A DNA stretch of 54,809 bases, the filler included, from Perkinsus olseni (taxonomy: Eukaryota): assembly GCA_013115125.1 (NCBI GenBank). It is 2 parts of 2 records of this genome, joined end to end, with 100 filler letters (N's around TTAATTAATTAA, not from the genome) between each part and the next. Parts side by side here need not be neighbours in the genome. Positions count along the whole stretch, not along the records: positions 27,507 to 54,809 come from JABANN010000468.1; 1 more part is not named here. The stretch is one strand, 5' to 3'. Position 1 is the first letter of the stretch; every line of letters begins with the position of its first letter. This document shows, one piece after another, positions 52,180 to 54,809 of the stretch. A program made the position numbers and the translations under genes. The notes under the pieces were generated by a model. That model did not search any database, was not told where the DNA came from, and saw only the letters and a list, made by a program, of their open reading frames with translations.

Positions 52180-52224
52180 ATTTGTGATTCACAAACAAAT
52201 TGATTTGTGATTCACAACAAATTG
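52180..52224. repeat. Tandem duplication of a ~23-bp palindromic unit
   Basis: ATTTGTGATTCACAAACAAATTG followed by ATTTGTGATTCACAACAAATTG. Confidence 0.85.
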
Positions 52225-52703
52225 TTAAAGATTCTGAAGATTCCGTTTTTAACTCTTCCTGCAGCGTAGGGAAGCGTTATTATCAGACTGCATTTTGGAC
52301 CCACTGTTTTACTATTGGTACCAAATTCCGCACAATTACCGACGAATCTCATACCAACTTTTGCCCAAATCTTACAAAGTGGTCGCCGAGAACATCATCT
52401 TTATCATCATCGCTGATGCCAGTCTGTAGGCAAGCTTTGAGGGTCGGAGGGCATCCGGCAAGACAGCCAATCGGGTCAGTCATAACTTGTGAGAAATATC
52501 GATTACTGGGGCGCAGTTGACGTTAATCTTGCTAATCTTGCATTTCCTCAACGCCGACGCTCATTGAACAATTGCGGCTTCCCTGCTGGGACTGACGATT
52601 CGGCATTGACTGTTAAGGCGATCTATGGATATTGATAGCGTATCTTTCACTTAGGGGTATCATAGGTTGACCTCAGGTGATTTTTATTGGAAGATATTCA
52701 CTC

Positions 52704-53906
52704 ATGTCCGTCGTACAAGCCACCACCGCAGCCTCAAAGGTCGCTAGCCGCTTTATCCCCCTCCTCGACCGAGTCCTGGTGCAGAAGCTCCGGTAAGTCT
52801 GCCGCTTCTTCAAACGATAGAAAAGGTCGAGCTATTTTGTCTTTGACCAGAGTGAAAGATACGTTTCTCTCTGTCGCCTGTACCCGCCACTTTTACGACG
52901 CCCTTTGCGCGCCAATTGGTTGTCTATAATTGGTGGAAATTCTGCTATCCCTACCATTCTTTCCGCTCTCGCAGCTGAACAGCTAGGATCCGACCGACTA
53001 ACAATCCCAGTTAACTGTCGACCTATTCCGTGTTTTACTAGAATGAAAGATGCTTTTTTGTAGTGCATTCTTTGTCGCCTGTGCAAGCCACTTACACTGT
53101 TCACCCTCTGCCAAGATTCCTTCAAATTTGCATCATCTTTGACCGTCAGTGTTGTACCTATCAACGGGCAAGCTCTTCTCCGACTGACATTTTCACCTTT
53201 CTTCTGAGAATTTTCTTGTGCCTGACCAAATGCTTTCTGTGTCTCTCGTTCAACCATTCTACTTGTCTTCTTTCTTCAGCGTTGAGTCCAAGACGGCCAC
53301 TGGAGTGTTCCTTCCCGAAGCTGCCAAGCCCACCATCAACCAAGCTGTGGTGATGGCCATCGGGAGCGGCAGAGTGTTGAACGATGGAACGAAGGTGAGT
53401 CGCTTATCATCACCATCCGCTCTTGAAAACTGGCGAGAGAACATCGCTGTGAGCCATACGAAATTCATACTTGCCGTTCAGTAAAATAGTTCTGGAATCG
53501 ACTCTGGAGCTGATTTCCAACACGCGTAAAATCATGCGGTTCCAGGATCGATTCTCAGTTTTAGAATTGGTGTCTTGAACGTCCCCATAGCACACGAGCA
53601 GTTTTTGCAATTTTTTGTCATGAATCTGTCATGGATGCTTTGAGTGACCCTCTACGCATTGTCTTACAGCAAAGATCGATCAGTTTGATAGCCTCTTTTG
53701 GATCAAAGGTTCTCTTCGCGGTGCGGGATTGGATATGGTATCAGGTGCCGATCTCGGTCCAGCCCGGCGACAAGGTCATCATTCCCGAATTTGGCGGCAT
53801 GAACTTGAAGTTGGACGGCGAGGACTTCCAAGTGTTCCGTGATGATGATATTGTTGGCAAGATCGTCTCTCCTGCTGCTGATGCTGCTGAGGAGAAGAGC
53901 GCTTAA
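52704..53906 (+). CDS. HSP10: 10-kDa co-chaperonin (Cpn10/Hsp10); exons 52704-52792, 53280-53394, 53745-53906
   Basis: RFIPLLDRVLVQKLR|VESKTATGVFLPE...AVVMAIGSG...|VPISVQPGDKVIIPEFGG...FRDDDIVG. Confidence 0.96.
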
Positions 53907-54809
53907 GGTAGCGGCCGTTTCCGAAGGTGACAGTTACACTTGAATGCCCCCCCCCAGTTTCTCATTACCACTTCACGTTGTGTTGGTCAATTTGCTCGGG
54001 AAAATCTCCGCTTTTATTCTGTGTTTTCGTCAGCGTTGTTCGATGAGGTTTTGCAGTGGTGGAAGAGCGTTTCGTGTGAAATTTCGGACGAAGGTGGCGT
54101 CCTCCAGTCGTGATTGCAAGATCTTTTCGGGAGATTGGTAATTTTTCAGATCGTAGAGAGAAGGTAATGTCAGGAACAACATCCCAAAGCCGGGGGTATC
54201 GTAGTTGCCGCTATCCTGGATAGGGTGTATTTTGGACTAATGGTAAGGGCGTTGCTGTTCTTTACGGTAGTTCTTTTCACATTGTGAGCTGGAACTTGCT
54301 AAATCTAGTGATGATCAACATAGGGGGGTCTTCATGGCGAAGAAAGATTCTCGTGGACCTGTTCGACTGTGCCACTCGTCAACCTGAGATTGAAGAGTCT
54401 GTTTTTGCAGTTTGCCTCTTTCTCCTCCTGTTATGGCCCCGCGATGTTCGAGGATTTAAAGTTGGTAGTAAACGGGTCAACGGCGTGGTGGCCGAAACAC
54501 TCAGAACGCAGAAGGAATCGGTGATATCTCTCGGCGCTGGACCGAAATTTGACGCCGTTTCCTTTGCTGCCGCTGTGCACGGCTACGTCGGTAGCGATCT
54601 AGATGGTAGCGTTCACCCGAATCTTTCCATGAAAGAGAAATATGAGTAAAAGCTAGAGGCTCTAGGTTGAGTCGAACCACGAGCAGACCGATCTTTACTG
54701 CTCAAACGTCGAGCACTGCACATTGATGCGGGTTTAGAGACGTTTCGCGGTCGACTCTGGGCGGAAAGGGAGACGGAGTTTTTCGCTCTGTAATCGTTTT
54801 TTTTCGATT

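Noticed and set aside
54284-54649. Possible first exon of a secreted protein
   Set aside because: Hydrophobic stretch and a donor-like end, but no clear ATG or recognisable domain within the window.

Overview
Eukaryotic, intron-rich genomic DNA with short GT-AG introns and very short intergenic spacers. Gene style, gene content and co-oriented clusters suggest an alveolate of the genus Perkinsus (inference). The first ~26 kb is a dense housekeeping block. It contains an HMG-box gene plus a truncated tandem copy, a coiled-coil hypothetical, and a minus-strand run (flavocytochrome b2, adenylosuccinate synthetase, eIF4E, Lcp5/neuroguidin). After a divergent switch comes a plus-strand run (thiolase, Sec62, hypothetical, BolA-like, dolichol kinase, and a membrane protein hosting an intact intronic tRNA-Asn). 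Beyond an artificial scaffold linker at ~27.4 kb the DNA is gene-poorer. It holds three dispersed paralogues of a 3-exon secreted protein, a helical-repeat protein, an intronless 555-aa secreted beta-rich protein, an S10 serine carboxypeptidase, a triple-SWIB protein, Cpn10, tandem repeats and probable LTR-retroelement relics. The most striking unexplained signal is in the introns of the housekeeping block. Many carry one of four recurrent short elements: (A) 3'-half tRNA-gene look-alikes with intact B-box and T-run, starting at the splice donor; (B) GCGGAGCGAAGC; (C) AATTTCGTGGCGC; (D) GTATCYTAGGTTGA, often as a ~28-bp inverted repeat. All exon boundaries were read by eye and no database searches were run.
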